DNA of 59,745 bases, counting the filler, from Sphacelaria rigidula (lineage: Eukaryota): the NCBI GenBank assembly GCA_964200075.2. It is 6 parts of 6 records of this genome, joined end to end, with 100 filler letters (N's around TTAATTAATTAA, not from the genome) between each part and the next. Parts side by side here need not be neighbours in the genome. Positions count along the whole stretch, not along the records: positions 1 to 9,876 come from CAXNAA020007577.1; positions 9,977 to 19,852 come from CAXNAA020007578.1; 4 more parts are not named here. One strand, written 5' to 3'. The notes beneath the pieces are model-generated. The model saw only the letters and a program-made list of their open reading frames with translations, ran no database searches and was not told the DNA's origin. This document shows, piece after piece, positions 1 through 11,565 of this stretch (position 1 is its first letter; each line of letters begins with the position of its first letter). Made by a program: the position numbers and the translations under genes.

Positions 1-201
1 GGTGCTCCGTCGCGAAAGGGGTGGGTGGTCAATGGTCAAACAACGAAGGCAAGCAACAAAGGAGTCCCCCCCCCCCCCCCCGTGTGGTCTGTTTTCATCG
101 ATCACCCGCTCCCCCCCCTGCCCCATGCTCCGTCTCAAAAGGGATGCGTGGTCATGCGTGGTCAATGGTCAAGCGACCAAGGCAAGCACCAAAATGAGTA
201 C
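1..201 (+). mobile_element. Two short 3'-terminal fragments of a non-LTR retrotransposon (1-65 and 126-201), in an intron
   Basis: Both match the recurrent end GGTGCTCCGTCTCGAAAGGGATGCGTGGTCAATGGTCAAATGACTAAGGCAAGCAACAAATGAGTAC, seen as longer copies at 12847-13196 and 18811-19199. Confidence 0.75.
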
Positions 202-381
202 GCTTCCCCCCGTGCTCCCTATACCTAAATATGTCCCTCTCCGCCGACTGTTTCTCGTTTCCTTTCGTTTTGTGTGTGTGTGCCTATGTTTTGTCTCTGT
301 TCTTGCACGTAATGAACTCGACACGGCACGCACCCGCACCCGCACCGGTTCCCATGGCGCATGATGATTATATTTCATTAG

Positions 382-3204
382 CCAATTTACGGGTTCGAGG
401 GTGAGAAAGCGACTTTCTGCCCGACCCACCGGATGGATACAATGACAGATGTGGTCAACCGCCACTGTGAATTCAGCGGCTGCACAAAAACCCCGAGCTA
501 CGGATACGTGGGCGAACGGGCACAGTTCTGTTCCCATCATCACTTGCCAGACATGGAGGATGTTAAGAACCGACGGTGCGAGTGGCACGAGTGCCGACGC
601 TACCCAATCTTCGGGCATGAGGGGGAGCGCGCGCGTTTTTGCTCGGCTCACAAGACGGACGACATGGTGAACGTTCGCAACCGGAGATGCGAAGAGGGGA
701 ACTGCACCAAGTTACCGACGCACGGATTTCCGGGGGAGAAGGCCCGGTACTGTCTCAGCCACTTGAAAGCGGGCATGGTGAACCTCAAGGGACGCAAGAA
801 CGTCCCTGTCCCCGCAACCGGGGCGGCAGCAGCAGCGGCAGCGGCCGCAGCCGCGGCCGCGGCAGCGGCGGTGGTCACCGCCGCAACCTCGACGGGACCA
901 CAAAAACAGGAGGGCGATGCGGATCCGCGGATGGTGAGAGCGGGCGGCGGCAGCATATCGGCGGTGAAACGACAACCTGACCAGGATTACGGAGTGGACG
1001 GGAGGCCTATGCTTAGCGGGATCCCAGGCGACACGTCCGGCGTTGGAGGAAGTGGTGCCGGGAGTAGCGTCGGCGTGGGTGCCGAACGGCAACCGGGAAT
1101 GAGCGGGTACTGGAGTATGGGGCCAAGGGGGGCGGGCAGCAGCGGAGAGCAACGCATGTATGATGACCGAGCGCGTTTGCAGGGGGGCAGTGCGTCGATG
1201 GGATGGGGGGGGAAGCGAGGCGGCGGCGGCGGCGGCGACGACGCAAGCCCCGCGAGTAGCGCGTCTGCGCATCAGCAGCGCCAGTATGGGTCGGGGGGCA
1301 TCGGCGGCAGTAGTGGCGGTAGCGCCGGAGGTGTTTCAGGGGGAGCTCATCCCGAACGCCACGAGATGCGCTTACGGAGGCTCGGGGAGACGAACGTGGA
1401 GGAACAACGACACAGACTGCACGACCACCAGGAAATGAAGGAGCAGCACATCCGATCTTTGCAGTCGATGCAGTCAATGCAACGCCGATCCGTCGGGCAG
1501 ATGGTCGGGCCCGGAGGACCGGATGATCGCTTTTACACACAAGACGAGTACCACCCCCATAGCCAAGAAATGTCCGCGCACGCTCAGCAGCAACAGCAGC
1601 AGCAGCAGCAGCAGCAGCAAATGATGATGCCAGCCCAGCGACCGCAGAGCTCCGCGGGGTACCTCCACAGCGGGGGGAGTGGCGGGGGTTCGCAGGGGAT
1701 GATGTCTCGCCGGCCCCCACCCCGCGAGATGCACCAGGACATGCATCAGATGCAAGGTTATCGGGATCAACTGCAGCAACACCACCAAAAACATCACCAC
1801 CAGCAGCAGCAATCCCGCGGATACGACAACACGTCACCCTACGGTTTGCTACCCCAGATGAATGCAGGCCACGGCTACGGGTCGGGAGAAAGCGAGGTCA
1901 TGAGCGGCGCATCTGTATCGGGTGTGCTGAGCGGGCGTGCGTCGCTCCGCCCGCCGCAATCCAGGATACCGGTCGCGCAGCCGCGCGCCCGGCGGCCGCT
2001 CCCCAGCTCCCCCGGCCGAGGCGGCCACGGCCTCTCGGCAGGCGTCCTCGAAGGCTCCTTGGAGCCTGGCAGGCACGGCGGGAACCTGTCCCCGTTCGTT
2101 GGACATCAGCCGTCGGCGCATCTCCGCCTTCCCCTACCCCCAGTCGCCGCAGGGTTCCCTTCGTCTTTCCACATCGCGGACTGGGATGACTCCCACGGCG
2201 AAGGAGGTGGTGGTGTTGGCGGCGGTGGCGGCGGCGGTGGGGGGGGGGGGCAGAGCGGAGGCGGTGGCTCCGCTGGTCCTGGTGGCGGTGGATGGACAAG
2301 AGAAACGCTCCGCCATACGGAGTATCCGAACACGTCGGACGCAGGGGGCAGCGGTGGCGGTGGTCCACAGGGGGCAGGTCCTCTAGTCATGGAGAGTGGT
2401 GGATCGGGGACGGGGTTTGGTTCACGCCTGGCGGGTGTCGACCTAGGGCAAGGGCTGATGCCGCCGTTCGACCGCATACAGGGTATGAGTGACGTCCAAG
2501 ATCATTCGTCGGGAGCGTTTCTTGGGGGTGGGGGTGGCGGCCCCGGGTCGGGAGAGAGGTCGGGCATGCCTTCTCCCCCGGGATCCATCCACGAAGGCCA
2601 AGTCTCGCGCACTCTGTCGCCCTTGATGCCCGCCCTTGGTGGGGAGTCTGGAGAGTCGCCGCCGGGCTTACCCCGACTGCGCACTGTCAATAGTCAAGGA
2701 GGCGGTCCGCAAGACTCATCGCGTCGGGGCTCCCCGCAATACTCACCTCCCTACATGACCGGCGCGTCGGCGGGGGGACCCTCAATGCCACCAAACAGCA
2801 TAGGGCTGCACCAGGATATGGCTGCGCCCCCGTTGACGGCGGCGGCTTCTTCGTCTTCCGCCGGTCCTCAAAGATCGTCCCCGTCGTTTGATGCTCTCTC
2901 GGGTGGAGACGGAGACCCGGTGATGAGCAGCGGCGGCCCCGGTAGTGGCGAGAGTTCATCGCACGGTGGTCTCGGCCGCGCCAGCGGCAGTGGCGGTGCC
3001 GGTAGCGGTGGTACAGACGGAGAAGGAAGAGAGGGCGGCGAGGATTGGGTGCCGAGCGTCGGCGATGAGGGTGGCGGCGGCGGCGCGCTGGGGGCGGGGG
3101 CGGGAAATGTCGGGGGAGCTGGTGGCGGCGGTGGTGGGGATCAAGATGACGGTGATGACGACGATCCTCGAAAACGACTCAGGATCGAACAGTTGTTGCA
3201 CTAG
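382..3204 (+). CDS. Terminal exon of an EsV-1-7 repeat-domain protein (3.5 visible repeats plus a long Gly/Ser/Gln/His-rich tail); upstream exons lie off the contig
   Basis: The 923-aa ORF has 37-aa repeats of the form C-x4-C-x3-P-x-(F/Y/H)G-x2-GE-x-A-x-(F/Y)C-x2-H-x4-M-x-(D/N)(V/L), with first Cys at nt 466, 577 and 688. The frame extends 17 codons upstream of the ATG to an acceptor (tttcattag|382), adding a half repeat PIYGFEGEKATFCPTHR. It contains poly-A, poly-Q and poly-G tracts and ends PRKRLRIEQLLH*. Confidence 0.9.
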   Translation, partial: PIYGFEGEKATFCPTHRMDTMTDVVNRHCEFSGCTKTPSYGYVGERAQFCSHHHLPDMEDVKNRRCEWHECRRYPIFGHEGERARFCSAHKTDDMVNVRNRRCEEGNCTKLPTHGFPGEKARYCLSHLKAGMVNLKGRKNVPVPATGAAAAAAAAAAAAAAAAVVTAATSTGPQKQEGDADPRMVRAGGGSISAVKRQPDQDYGVDGRPMLSGIPGDTSGVGGSGAGSSVGVGAERQPGMSGYWSMGPRGAGSSGEQRMYDDRARLQGGSASMGWGGKRGGGGGGDDASPASSASAHQQRQYGSGGIGGSSGGSAGGVSGGAHPERHEMRLRRLGETNVEEQRHRLHDHQEMKEQHIRSLQSMQSMQRRSVGQMVGPGGPDDRFYTQDEYHPHSQEMSAHAQQQQQQQQQQQQMMMPAQRPQSSAGYLHSGGSGGGSQGMMSRRPPPREMHQDMHQMQGYRDQLQQHHQKHHHQQQQSRGYDNTSPYGLLPQMNAGHGYGSGESEVMSGASVSGVLSGRASLRPPQSRIPVAQPRARRPLPSSPGRGGHGLSAGVLEGSLEPGRHGGNLSPFVGHQPSAHLRLPLPPVAAGFPSSFHIADWDDSHGEGGGGVGGGGGGGGGGGQSGGGGSAGPGGGGWTRETLRHTEYPNTSDAGGSGGGGPQGAGPLVMESGGSGTGFGSRLAGVDLGQGLMPPFDRIQGMSDVQDHSSGAFLGGGGGGPGSGERSGMPSPPGSIHEGQVSRTLSPLMPALGGESGESPPGLPRLRTVNSQGGGPQDSSRRGSPQYSPPYMTGASAGGPSMPPNSIGLHQDMAAPPLTAAASSSSAGPQRSSPSFDALSGGDGDPVMSSGGPGSGESSSHGGLGRASGSGGAGSGGTDGEGREGGEDWVPSVGDEGGGGGALGAGAGNVGGAGGGGGGDQDDGDDDDPRKRLRIEQLLH

Positions 3205-3698
3205 GTGGGGCTTTCCGAGTGAGTGCCGACAAAAGCCAGGCGAAGGGCGTGGGGAGGTACGAGGGGGAGTGCCGACAGAAGCGGCGAAGGACAGGTCAGG
3301 ACGGGGCGGAACGGGGAGGGACCGGGTTAGCTGCAAGAGTTGGTCGTTTCTTCGTGTATGCCACACATCTAATGGCCTACTCGCTGTCTTTGGTTGTGCT
3401 GTCGACGCACTTTGCCGTCCGCCACATGACCAGGCCTTGATCTGCCACCATCTGTTTTGCACCACATACGTCTCCGCCTCCGGCTGATTTGGCGCTCCTT
3501 TGTCCATGTCCAATTTCGTGGCGAAGAAGTCTTCGCCTCAAGAGCCGTCTCCTACGGTTGTTGGGGCGGTCCTTGGCCGCGGGAAGAGCAGGGTAAAAGA
3601 AAGAGCGAAAGGGAAGAAGGGAAGACGGGGATAATAAAGAAACAAGTTAAAAGAAAACAAAAAAAAAAAAAAAAGGCGAATTGCGTCTTCTCCGGTTT

Positions 3699-3700
<2 letters not shown>

Positions 3701-3752
<52 letters not shown>
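3701..3752. repeat. Poly(T) tract in the probable 3' UTR
   Basis: About 52 consecutive T, about 500 nt after the stop codon. Confidence 0.9.
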
Positions 3753-3753
<1 letters not shown>

Positions 3754-6700
3754 TTTTGTTCTGTTTTCCCCCTCGTATTTTCCTTCACCTTTATTTTTTC
3801 TTCCTCCAGTCGTGATTTTCTGGAAGGAAGGAGAATGGGCAGGAATATCGACGGGGGGGAGGATTGGAGTACCGGGGGGTTGCTCGAGTGGTCCCCGCCA
3901 GTGAGGGGAATGGGCGTCAGGCAAAAGGCATCGGGAGAGTAGCTGGAGGAGTAGCATGTGGGCCTCGTCGTGTGTTGTCGTGGGGCCCGCGCTGAGTTGC
4001 GCTCATGTATGTGTGCGGTCTTTTGTTGGTGTATTGTGTGTTTTGTGTTTGCGTTGTTGTAGAGGTATTCTGGTTTTGCCTTCTGCAACCGGTGGCCCTC
4101 ATAGCGAATTTTTTCCAGTCGCTAAATGACAGCAAGACTTCGGTTTTTGTTTTTGTTTGTTTTCCCTGCGATACAGAGGCATTCCTCACTCTCCCCTAAC
4201 CCCTCCTTCCCCTCCGTCCGGCAAGAGAAAAAGTCAATTATCTCATGACTACGGCGTGGAACATCATAGGTACACCCTTTCCCCCCCCCCCCGGCTCTCC
4301 CTAACCCCCAGTCGCAGTAGAAGTTAATGGTTCTGGTTAATCATTCGCGAAAAATAAATAAGAAGGGGAGCAAAGGCAAAATTGAAGGTAACAATTAATC
4401 CTAGCATGGTATTCAAACAGTGGTAGTAACAGTATATTTTCTCCGATAGCTCTCACCTGTGGGGGATGGATGGGAGAAAGAAGAAAGAAAGAGCTGTGGA
4501 TATTTCGTGAAGACTATTTCAAAATTCTCGAAATATATATGGGTTACAAAAAGGTCGGGCTTTGGTCCGAGTATATCTGCATGCATACGGCAAGGCCAAC
4601 AACATGGTACAAGTCAGGCACTCACGCATTTTGCTCGAATTTTTGCTGTTCTATTCGGAACATTTTGTGTGTCGCGTTATGGGCGAGAGGACGGGGGACG
4701 GGGGGGCGGGGGAAACAAAGACGGGTCCACAAGCAAAGCAACGGAAATAGTGACACTCAGCTCTTGTTACTGGTTTTTAGCGGAGGCGTGTTTGGCGTGC
4801 ATGCGTTCGGTTCTACTTGAGGCAGAATCAGGTTACCCGTGCTGGTGCTTTTTACTGTGCTACCGTGTGCGTCATTTATCCTTTTTTTTTTTCCCTCCCT
4901 GAGACGTCATGTTGAGTCTGGTGAGGAAATATTGCGTATGTATGTATCTATCTATACATACATGCATACGTACATGTATGCGATTTTTTCGTCTTGTGTA
5001 GATGTACGTGGTGCAGGATGACACGGGAGGTCCACGAATTGATCGTGTCGGGGACAGTTTGGTGTTTTTTTCCCTTCTGTCGAATCGTTTTCACTGCATA
5101 TTTTGAGAGGAGACAGGGAGAAGAGGGGGGCGGTGATGTTTGCTATTTGTTGGTGCTCACGGGTGCTATGTCCCGTCTCCTGCTCCTCCCTCCTCCTTTA
5201 TCATTCGCTCTCTCGTTTTTTTTCTTCAGGGGGGGGGGGGGGGCTCTGGTTACTTTGGTGTCTGGTGCCTCCTCCCCCTTCCCTGGAAGGGGTGCGGTGG
5301 GAGGGCGGCGGCGCCTGTTGACAATCTTTCACACGTAAGACAATAGATGATCAATAACTGCATTAGACAAGAGATGTACTGGATAAAGTATAAGCGTATT
5401 GCAACTGTTGATTGTCGACACGTTTTGTCTATTGCATCTATTGACCGTTTATTGTCCAGGATGTGCAATCTTGTATCCGATGGGTTTTTGTCCCTGTCTC
5501 TGGGCGCGCGGGTTACGATTTTTAACGCTCAATCCGGGTGTTTTTCTCGCCGTTTTTCGCCAGGGTATAATCGTTTCCTCTCCCGCTTTCTGTTATATAC
5601 AGTAGGGAAAGAGGCGGGCGGATGATGTCCGACCTATATATGCGGTTTTTCGAGCGGCACCTTGGGAGGGGATAGAGATGGAAAAGTGGCGGGGCGGGAT
5701 TGTGCTGGGCTGCCGATGTTTGCGGGTGCATAGCGTGTTGATATGAAAAACATCTTGGTTTTGCTTCTTTTTTTCCTTCAGGAGGTATATCCGCACAGGT
5801 TGATCACCGTTATCCCTTGGGTTACCGCTGTTTTTTTCGTTCCCTCTCTTAGTTACAAGCAGGCAATCGGGTGAATAGAAGATGATGGGATAAGGAGAGT
5901 GAGGGTGTTGTTGGGGTCGTCACATGGCAGGGAGGCGTGGGGGGATGGGAGGGCAGGGGGGATGGAAATCGCGTGTTGCCGTTGAATGCTTGTGTGTTGC
6001 GGTACGAATATTGGGGCTGCGACACAGCGGTGCCACATTTTGTTTTGGAGTCTTGGCGCACCCATCTCTTGGGTGTAGATATCAACTAGCCGGCCTCTAC
6101 GCTATCGTGAAAACCGTACGAGAATAATGGGAAAAATAATAACTACAATACCACGTAGTCGTGAGCAGTGAGGCCTGTACTACACGGTGTACCATACTTT
6201 TTGCGTCCTCATTTTTTGTTGATTTCTTCTTTTCTTTTCTTTTTTACGCGTCCAGCTGTGCTGTTGCTGAGGGTGTGGCTCCCCGTCCCCCCCCCCCGTC
6301 CCTCCTCTCTCACGTCCCACCCTCACTGCCTACGTAGCCTTCGTGAAGTAGCTGTGTGTGATGTGTATCTTGTGCCACTATGTTTGTCTAGCTTGTGTTG
6401 TCGCGGAGGCGCATATTCTTTGAAATATTGTGGGATATACATAGCTGTTGCAGTAGCGACGTTTTCGAGAAGTGGGCGTGCACCTACTTGTTGTCGGTGA
6501 TGGTAGTGGGGATGGGTCTAAGGGGGTAAATGATATGTACCATAGTGATGGGGATTATGTTGTGTGTGGATATATCACCTCCAGAACAACGTTCTGTTTC
6601 ATCATGGGATATTATACATATATATATATATATATGTGTGTATGCATTTTTTTCGATCCAGAACGGAAGGACGGAAGAATTGTTGTTCGTTTTTTGTTTG

Positions 6701-8889
6701 CTCATTTAGACAAGAAGACCGCAGAATACCGCTGCATGTGCTTGTGTCAGTAGTCCTCCACTATTTTACTGTACACTGTTGCCTTCTTTTTTTTGCTCCG
6801 TCGGCTGGTGCGCTTGGGATTTTGCGGTTGTAGCCGTCAGTTCGCCTCTTTTTATTTTTTTATTCTTGCCGTTACACCGGCCGCTCACCCAACCAACGTC
6901 CATTACTACTACTAATATTATTGTTTGGAGTTGGTTGTTGCATGCGGTGAGAAAGTAAAGAGAAAATCAGGCGGGCGGGATACTTTTTTTTTTTATTCGG
7001 TAGGCTGGTGCTTTTGATCTTTCTTCTCCCATCCCCACCACCGTTGACCCTCGGCCTTCTTGTCTCGCTTATTTCTTTGAATTGCTTGCATTACAGAGTC
7101 TGTGTTAGTGCCATCCGAAGACATTTTAGTCGGAACGACGAGGACTAGCTCGTTGCAGGTGGGGGTACTCCTACCTTCAAATGTGGTGGGTGCCCTCCTT
7201 TCCCCCCTCCAACGCACGCTGTTGTTTCGTAGTACTGCTGAAGATGGCTCCACGCTCTGCCGTTGTAGTTTTACCGTGCAGCGGGAGAGGGGAAGAGAAA
7301 CTTGTGATACTATGAGTAATGAGAAATGATGGGAGTGACAAGAACAATAATGAAGCAGTTTGTGCTTGGTAGTGCCGCGATTGAATCCCAAGACTGCCTT
7401 GGTGTGGGTGCTAGTGTGGGTGGGAAAGGGTAGCAAGAACTGTCGGCAGGTGATTTTTTTTTTTTCTGACGAACGTGCAGTGCAGTGCCGCGGTTAGTAG
7501 AGGAGGGGAAGGAGGAAGGTGAATCGACGAGAACATGATGTTGGTGATGGTGAGGAGTGGAGCAGGGGGTATTTTGTAGTACTTGCTGTTACTTTGTTTC
7601 TCCTTGAGACTGCGTACGATGAGGGAAGGGGAAGTCGCTGAAGGGATGGCTTCACCTCTCGTGTCTGTGGTCCCTCGCTCTCTCTTGCTCTCTCTCCCCC
7701 AAAATTTCTGTGCGCAGTTGGTCTAGCTGATCCCCTCAGGCACCATCCCTCGTGCGACGATATTTACGACCGTGTTGGCGTTGTTCTGGTGGTGCCGGGA
7801 TGGATGGTGTACACAGGAGGACACGAAAAGAAAGGAGAACTTGTAATAGTAGCAACGGTGCGAGAGCAGCAGCCGCCTGTGTAGCCCAGTGTGATGTAGC
7901 AACGAAAGAGGGAAGAGGGAGAAACAAAGGGGGGTGGGCGGGGTCGGTGGTTACGAGAGAGTTCAAATGATTCGTGTTTTGTCCAGAATGAGATAATTAA
8001 GGTACGTGTATCAAGCGAAGTCAATTAGTTTTGCGACCCGCATGAAGCTAGTTTGTACGATGTAGTCATCAGTTCATTTTTTTTCTTCTTGTTTTTCTCC
8101 TGTACAGTAGCCCGTCAACAATACCCTCGCCCCCTCGCCTAGTCGCGATCGAGAGAACTTGTTACTAACGAATCGAATTGATTTGAGGAAAGCAATCGAG
8201 GGACGGGGTCGAGGGGGCGTTGGGAGGGAGAGGTGAATAGGCGGGGCTGAGTGAAAAGCTGGGCGAGCTGTCCTATCCTCAAGTGTTACTTTCTCTCTGT
8301 CGACTCTACCGGCATGGTGTCGTGTGTGCTGCTGTTTGTTGTGGGTCTTGTGGTTATTGTCGTTGTTGTTGTTGTGGGTCTTGTGGGTCTTGTGGTTGTT
8401 GTTGTTGTTGTTGCTGTCGTTTGTGTTGTTAGCCCCCCCCTCCCCCCCCCCCTCCCACCACCACCACCCCCTCCCCCCCCCGTTTAGCACAAAGTGTGGT
8501 GTACCATAATAATGACCTTTTGACGCTTCTTTTGTTTTGTCGGTGTGTGTGTATCCCCCCCCCCCTTTTTTTAGGCCCGTGTCTAGCGTATCACTGAGTG
8601 TATCATAGGAGAGGATACGTTCACGTCATGCGAAAAAAAAGACAAAAATAAAGGAAGAGAACGCGAAAGAAACTTGGAATTTTTGGCCCAGTCAATACTA
8701 TAGATGACTCATTTTTAGATAGCAATGGCGGTATGCCTGCGCACGCCGTTCATTCCTCCAGATTTTACCTCCCCTTCTGCTCGCATCACAAGGTGATTTA
8801 ACGGCGGGACATCCACGCGAGATAAATAATACACAAATTCGACGGAGTTGCCAACAAACTGAGAATGTTCAACAAAAGTGATCGTACAG

Positions 8890-9003
8890 TAGAACTAGTA
8901 GTAGTAGTGCTAGCAACGGTAGCGGTGGTGGTTGTGGTGGTTGTGGTGGTTGTGGTGGTGACGGTAATAGTAGTAGTAGTGCTGGTGATAGTGGTAGTTG
9001 TCA
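8890..9003. repeat. Compound (GTA)n/(GTG/GTT)n microsatellite
   Basis: Visible directly. It accounts for the spurious poly-V and poly-T ORFs. Confidence 0.85.
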
Positions 9004-9492
9004 TAGCAGACCGACTGCCAAAAGATGGTACCTGGCTGGAGCACAAACGAAAAAATCAAGGGTGTATGGAATTATCTCCCACCTCTTCTTTTTCTTTTGC
9101 GTAATTATTCAGAGCAATGTACAGAAGAAAACCATGTATATTATTTTCATGCGTAGGATGTGTCTGAGGACCATGTGAACAGAGCGTTATGTATGTCGTG
9201 ACGGAAGGACGACGCGCACTCAAAATTCGATGAAAAGGGTACAGTACTCCCAGGGTGTACAGGCTCTCGTCGCGAAAAAAGTAGGGGGCGAGAGAAATGG
9301 AGGTGAACACAGGTACGACAGGCCGCACACGGAGCCAAAATCACATACGCATGTTGATTTATACACTGGTTGCACGGTTTTGATTAAAAATCCACTCATC
9401 AGCAAAATACTTTGAAGTGACGCCACGACAGCCCTCCCTCAATACGGCCACAAAACTCTCGGGAAGAAAATGGCCATACAGCGCATGATAGC

Positions 9493-9746
9493 TGCACACG
9501 CGGCCATTTGGCTACACCCCAAAATACCTCCGGAGGGATGCGCGGCCCTCCAGGGGGAAAACAAGCCTCCGGAGGCTTTCCATCCCTCGAGAGGAGACCA
9601 AACTCCACCAACCCGGAGGGCCGCGCACCCCTCCGGAGGAATTTGGGGTATGCTCGGCCCTCCGGAGGCGTTTAATCCCTCTGGAGGCTCGAAAAGTGTA
9701 CCCACCTGGAGGAAGTTTGGAGGTAGCCAAATGGCCCCTTGTGTGC
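9493..9746. mobile_element. MITE/foldback-like element
   Basis: Inverted repeat GGCCATTTGGCTAC (9501-9514) / GTAGCCAAATGGCC (9723-9736), extendable to gcacac/gtgtgc. Contains several CCTCCGGAGG palindromes and an internal 25-bp inverted repeat. No clear TSD. Confidence 0.6.
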
Positions 9747-9876
9747 TTGGTTCTAGACCTGATTAAGTTTTACACGCAGATGGCCAGCATAGCTCGTTAT
9801 CTACATGAACGACACTTTCTACGATAGCCCCCCCCCAAAACCAGCTAAAAATGTCACAAAAAAAATGGTCATACAG

Positions 9877-9976
9877 NNNNNNNNNNNNNNNNNNNNNNNN
9901 NNNNNNNNNNNNNNNNNNNNTTAATTAATTAANNNNNNNNNNNNNNNNNNNNNNNNNNNNNNNNNNNNNNNNNNNN
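9877..9976. other. Artificial contig linker (N44-TTAATTAATTAA-N44); identical linkers at 19853-19952, 29827-29926, 39801-39900 and 49774-49873
   Basis: Five identical 100-bp spacers carry a 12-mer with stops in all six frames. The contigs between them are in non-increasing length order (9876, 9876, 9874, 9874, 9873, 9872 bp). Confidence 0.98.
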
Positions 9977-10094
9977 CTTTTTCCGCCGAGAAAAGAAAAA
10001 AAAAAGGGGGAGGGGGGGAAAGAGTGAAGAAAAAATACACAGTTTGAATGCCAAGCAAACAAAATATGAATAATAGTGAGAACTTTCGACCTAC

Positions 10095-10196
10095 CATGGA
10101 ATCGATGGTACAAGAGTGCTCCACTCCTTCCCCCAGCACGTAGCTCGTCACGTACGTGAATTTCGGGGGTCCCTCGTTGGTTTGCTCGTTGATCAC
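10095..10196 (-). CDS. Possible further exon of the same gene
   Basis: ttgcag|...atg|gtaggt, 102 bp, phase 0-0. Encodes VINEQTNEGPPKFTYVTSYVLGEGVEHSCTIDSM. Confidence 0.5.
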
Positions 10197-10599
10197 CTGC
10201 AACATTGTAGCGTGCATTAGAAACACGTCATGATCCACACCTTCTTGGCACGATTTGTCCAAGACAAGTCTTTGGGGACGTGGGAAAAATGCGCACAAGC
10301 AACGGGCTGTAGTGTGCACTGAAAGCTGACGCGGTCAAACGCGTTTTTTGCCGTCAAAATTTTGACCCCTCCTCTTCCTCAGGACGAGTCCGTGGTCTAC
10401 TAGTCTCAAGGGATCAACCCATTTCTCCTCTGGCGCACGCCTTGCAAATTGGTTTCGCGGATTGGGTCATGACTATCAGCACTACCCGACCGCGTCGACT
10501 GCCGTCAAACAAACTCAGTCGAGCGGACGATTTTTTACTGCTCACGCCTTCACGCTCAGCAACAGAAATCAGCCACATTATATAGAAACACCCAACCGC

Positions 10600-10672
10600 A
10601 TATAGCGGGAATCGAACCCAAAATCGTTACACCCCATTTGTATCACGTGTAGCACATTAGACCACCGTGGCG
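10600..10672 (-). mobile_element. tRNA-related SINE-like head (Pol III A/B boxes), intronic
   Basis: Minus strand reads GGTGGTCTAATG...GGGTTCGATTCCC. No complete cloverleaf. Confidence 0.4.
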
Positions 10673-10949
10673 GGACAGCAATACTGAAAAATTACAATTA
10701 TAAGGGTACACTTCAAAGACTTCGAGTAACGTCTCGAGGGGCACATGTACAGCCAGCACCAAAAAAGTGGCCCTTGAAAACACGCGTGAGCACGTCACCG
10801 ACGGGATGGGGTCTCAGTTGGTCACCACCACCGTAAGGACCAGTACAAGGTAATACACTTGTGCTTCCCCTATCATCACTGCTCGCGCGTCAGCAACCTT
10901 TATGTACAGGCCGGCCTCACTACTAGCAAAAACAAAACTTGCGGTCTAC

Positions 10950-11252
10950 CAGCACGCCGAGGAGGAAAGTGTGTAGCTGTACGAAACTAGAAATAGCAAA
11001 GTGCGGGGGAAAGGTTTCTAGCCGTCTCCTGTAGACAAGAAAGAGAAAAAAGTGTATCTGGAGATATCTCACTCGACGTTCAAGAGTCGGAATCTGAAAT
11101 TTTGAGGAGAGCGCATCCGCGATTGAAAGGCCATGGCTGGGGGTATCTCCATTTTCGGGGTTTATGGGAAGGGAAGGCGACTTAGGTCCATCGAAGGGAA
11201 ATGAAGATATGCCATATTTCGGGTCCCAGGATAATATGAAGTGATGAAGGAG
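10950..11252 (-). CDS. Probable exon of the ADD-domain gene with a Sen1/senataxin-like pre-helicase motif; donor uncertain (exon may end at 11073 or 10950)
   Basis: atttag| acceptor, phase 0. Open frame LLHHFILSWDPKYG...IPTLERRVRYLQIHFFLFSCLQETARNL. Absent from the supplied ORF track. Confidence 0.55.
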
Positions 11253-11565
11253 CTAAATATCAGAGCACACGGCGCAACCCAGGTTGGCTGCACGGTTACA
11301 GGGAACCTACTTGTTGCTTCACCATTCAATGCTGTTCGCCCGATTTGCGCCCGAGATGCTTTTGGGAGTCAAGTCGTGGGCTTAGTCAGCCTGCAGCAGC
11401 GATATTCAACAAAGAGCATGAGTTATCGTGGCTCGCCAACCCCGAAACCTAGGTAGCATGGCGCATACAAAGACCCCGTAGAAGTGGCAACATGAACGAA
11501 CAAAACCAACGTACAGTGCAGCGCCGTACAAAGATATACAAGAAAAAACAAAACAAAAAACTCAC

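Noticed and set aside
382..800. Endogenous phaeovirus insertion
   Set aside because: The EsV-1-7 repeats are in a spliced host-type gene and no NCLDV core genes are visible.
648..3513. Many overlapping alternative-frame and antisense ORFs
   Set aside because: These are shadows of the GC-rich, low-complexity main CDS.
3457..4189. Poly-Phe and poly-Lys ORFs
   Set aside because: They are translations of poly(T)/poly(A) tracts.
7146..8858. Possible convergent minus-strand gene (open segments 8769-8858 FVGNSVEFVYYLSRVDVPPLNHLVMRAEGE and ~7146-7257 AWSHLQQYYETT...)
   Set aside because: I could not build a phase-consistent model or recognise a domain. Left uncalled pending RNA-seq.
9921..9932. 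TTAATTAATTAA repeated every ~10 kb as a biological motif
   Set aside because: It is a synthetic six-frame-stop linker flanked by Ns.
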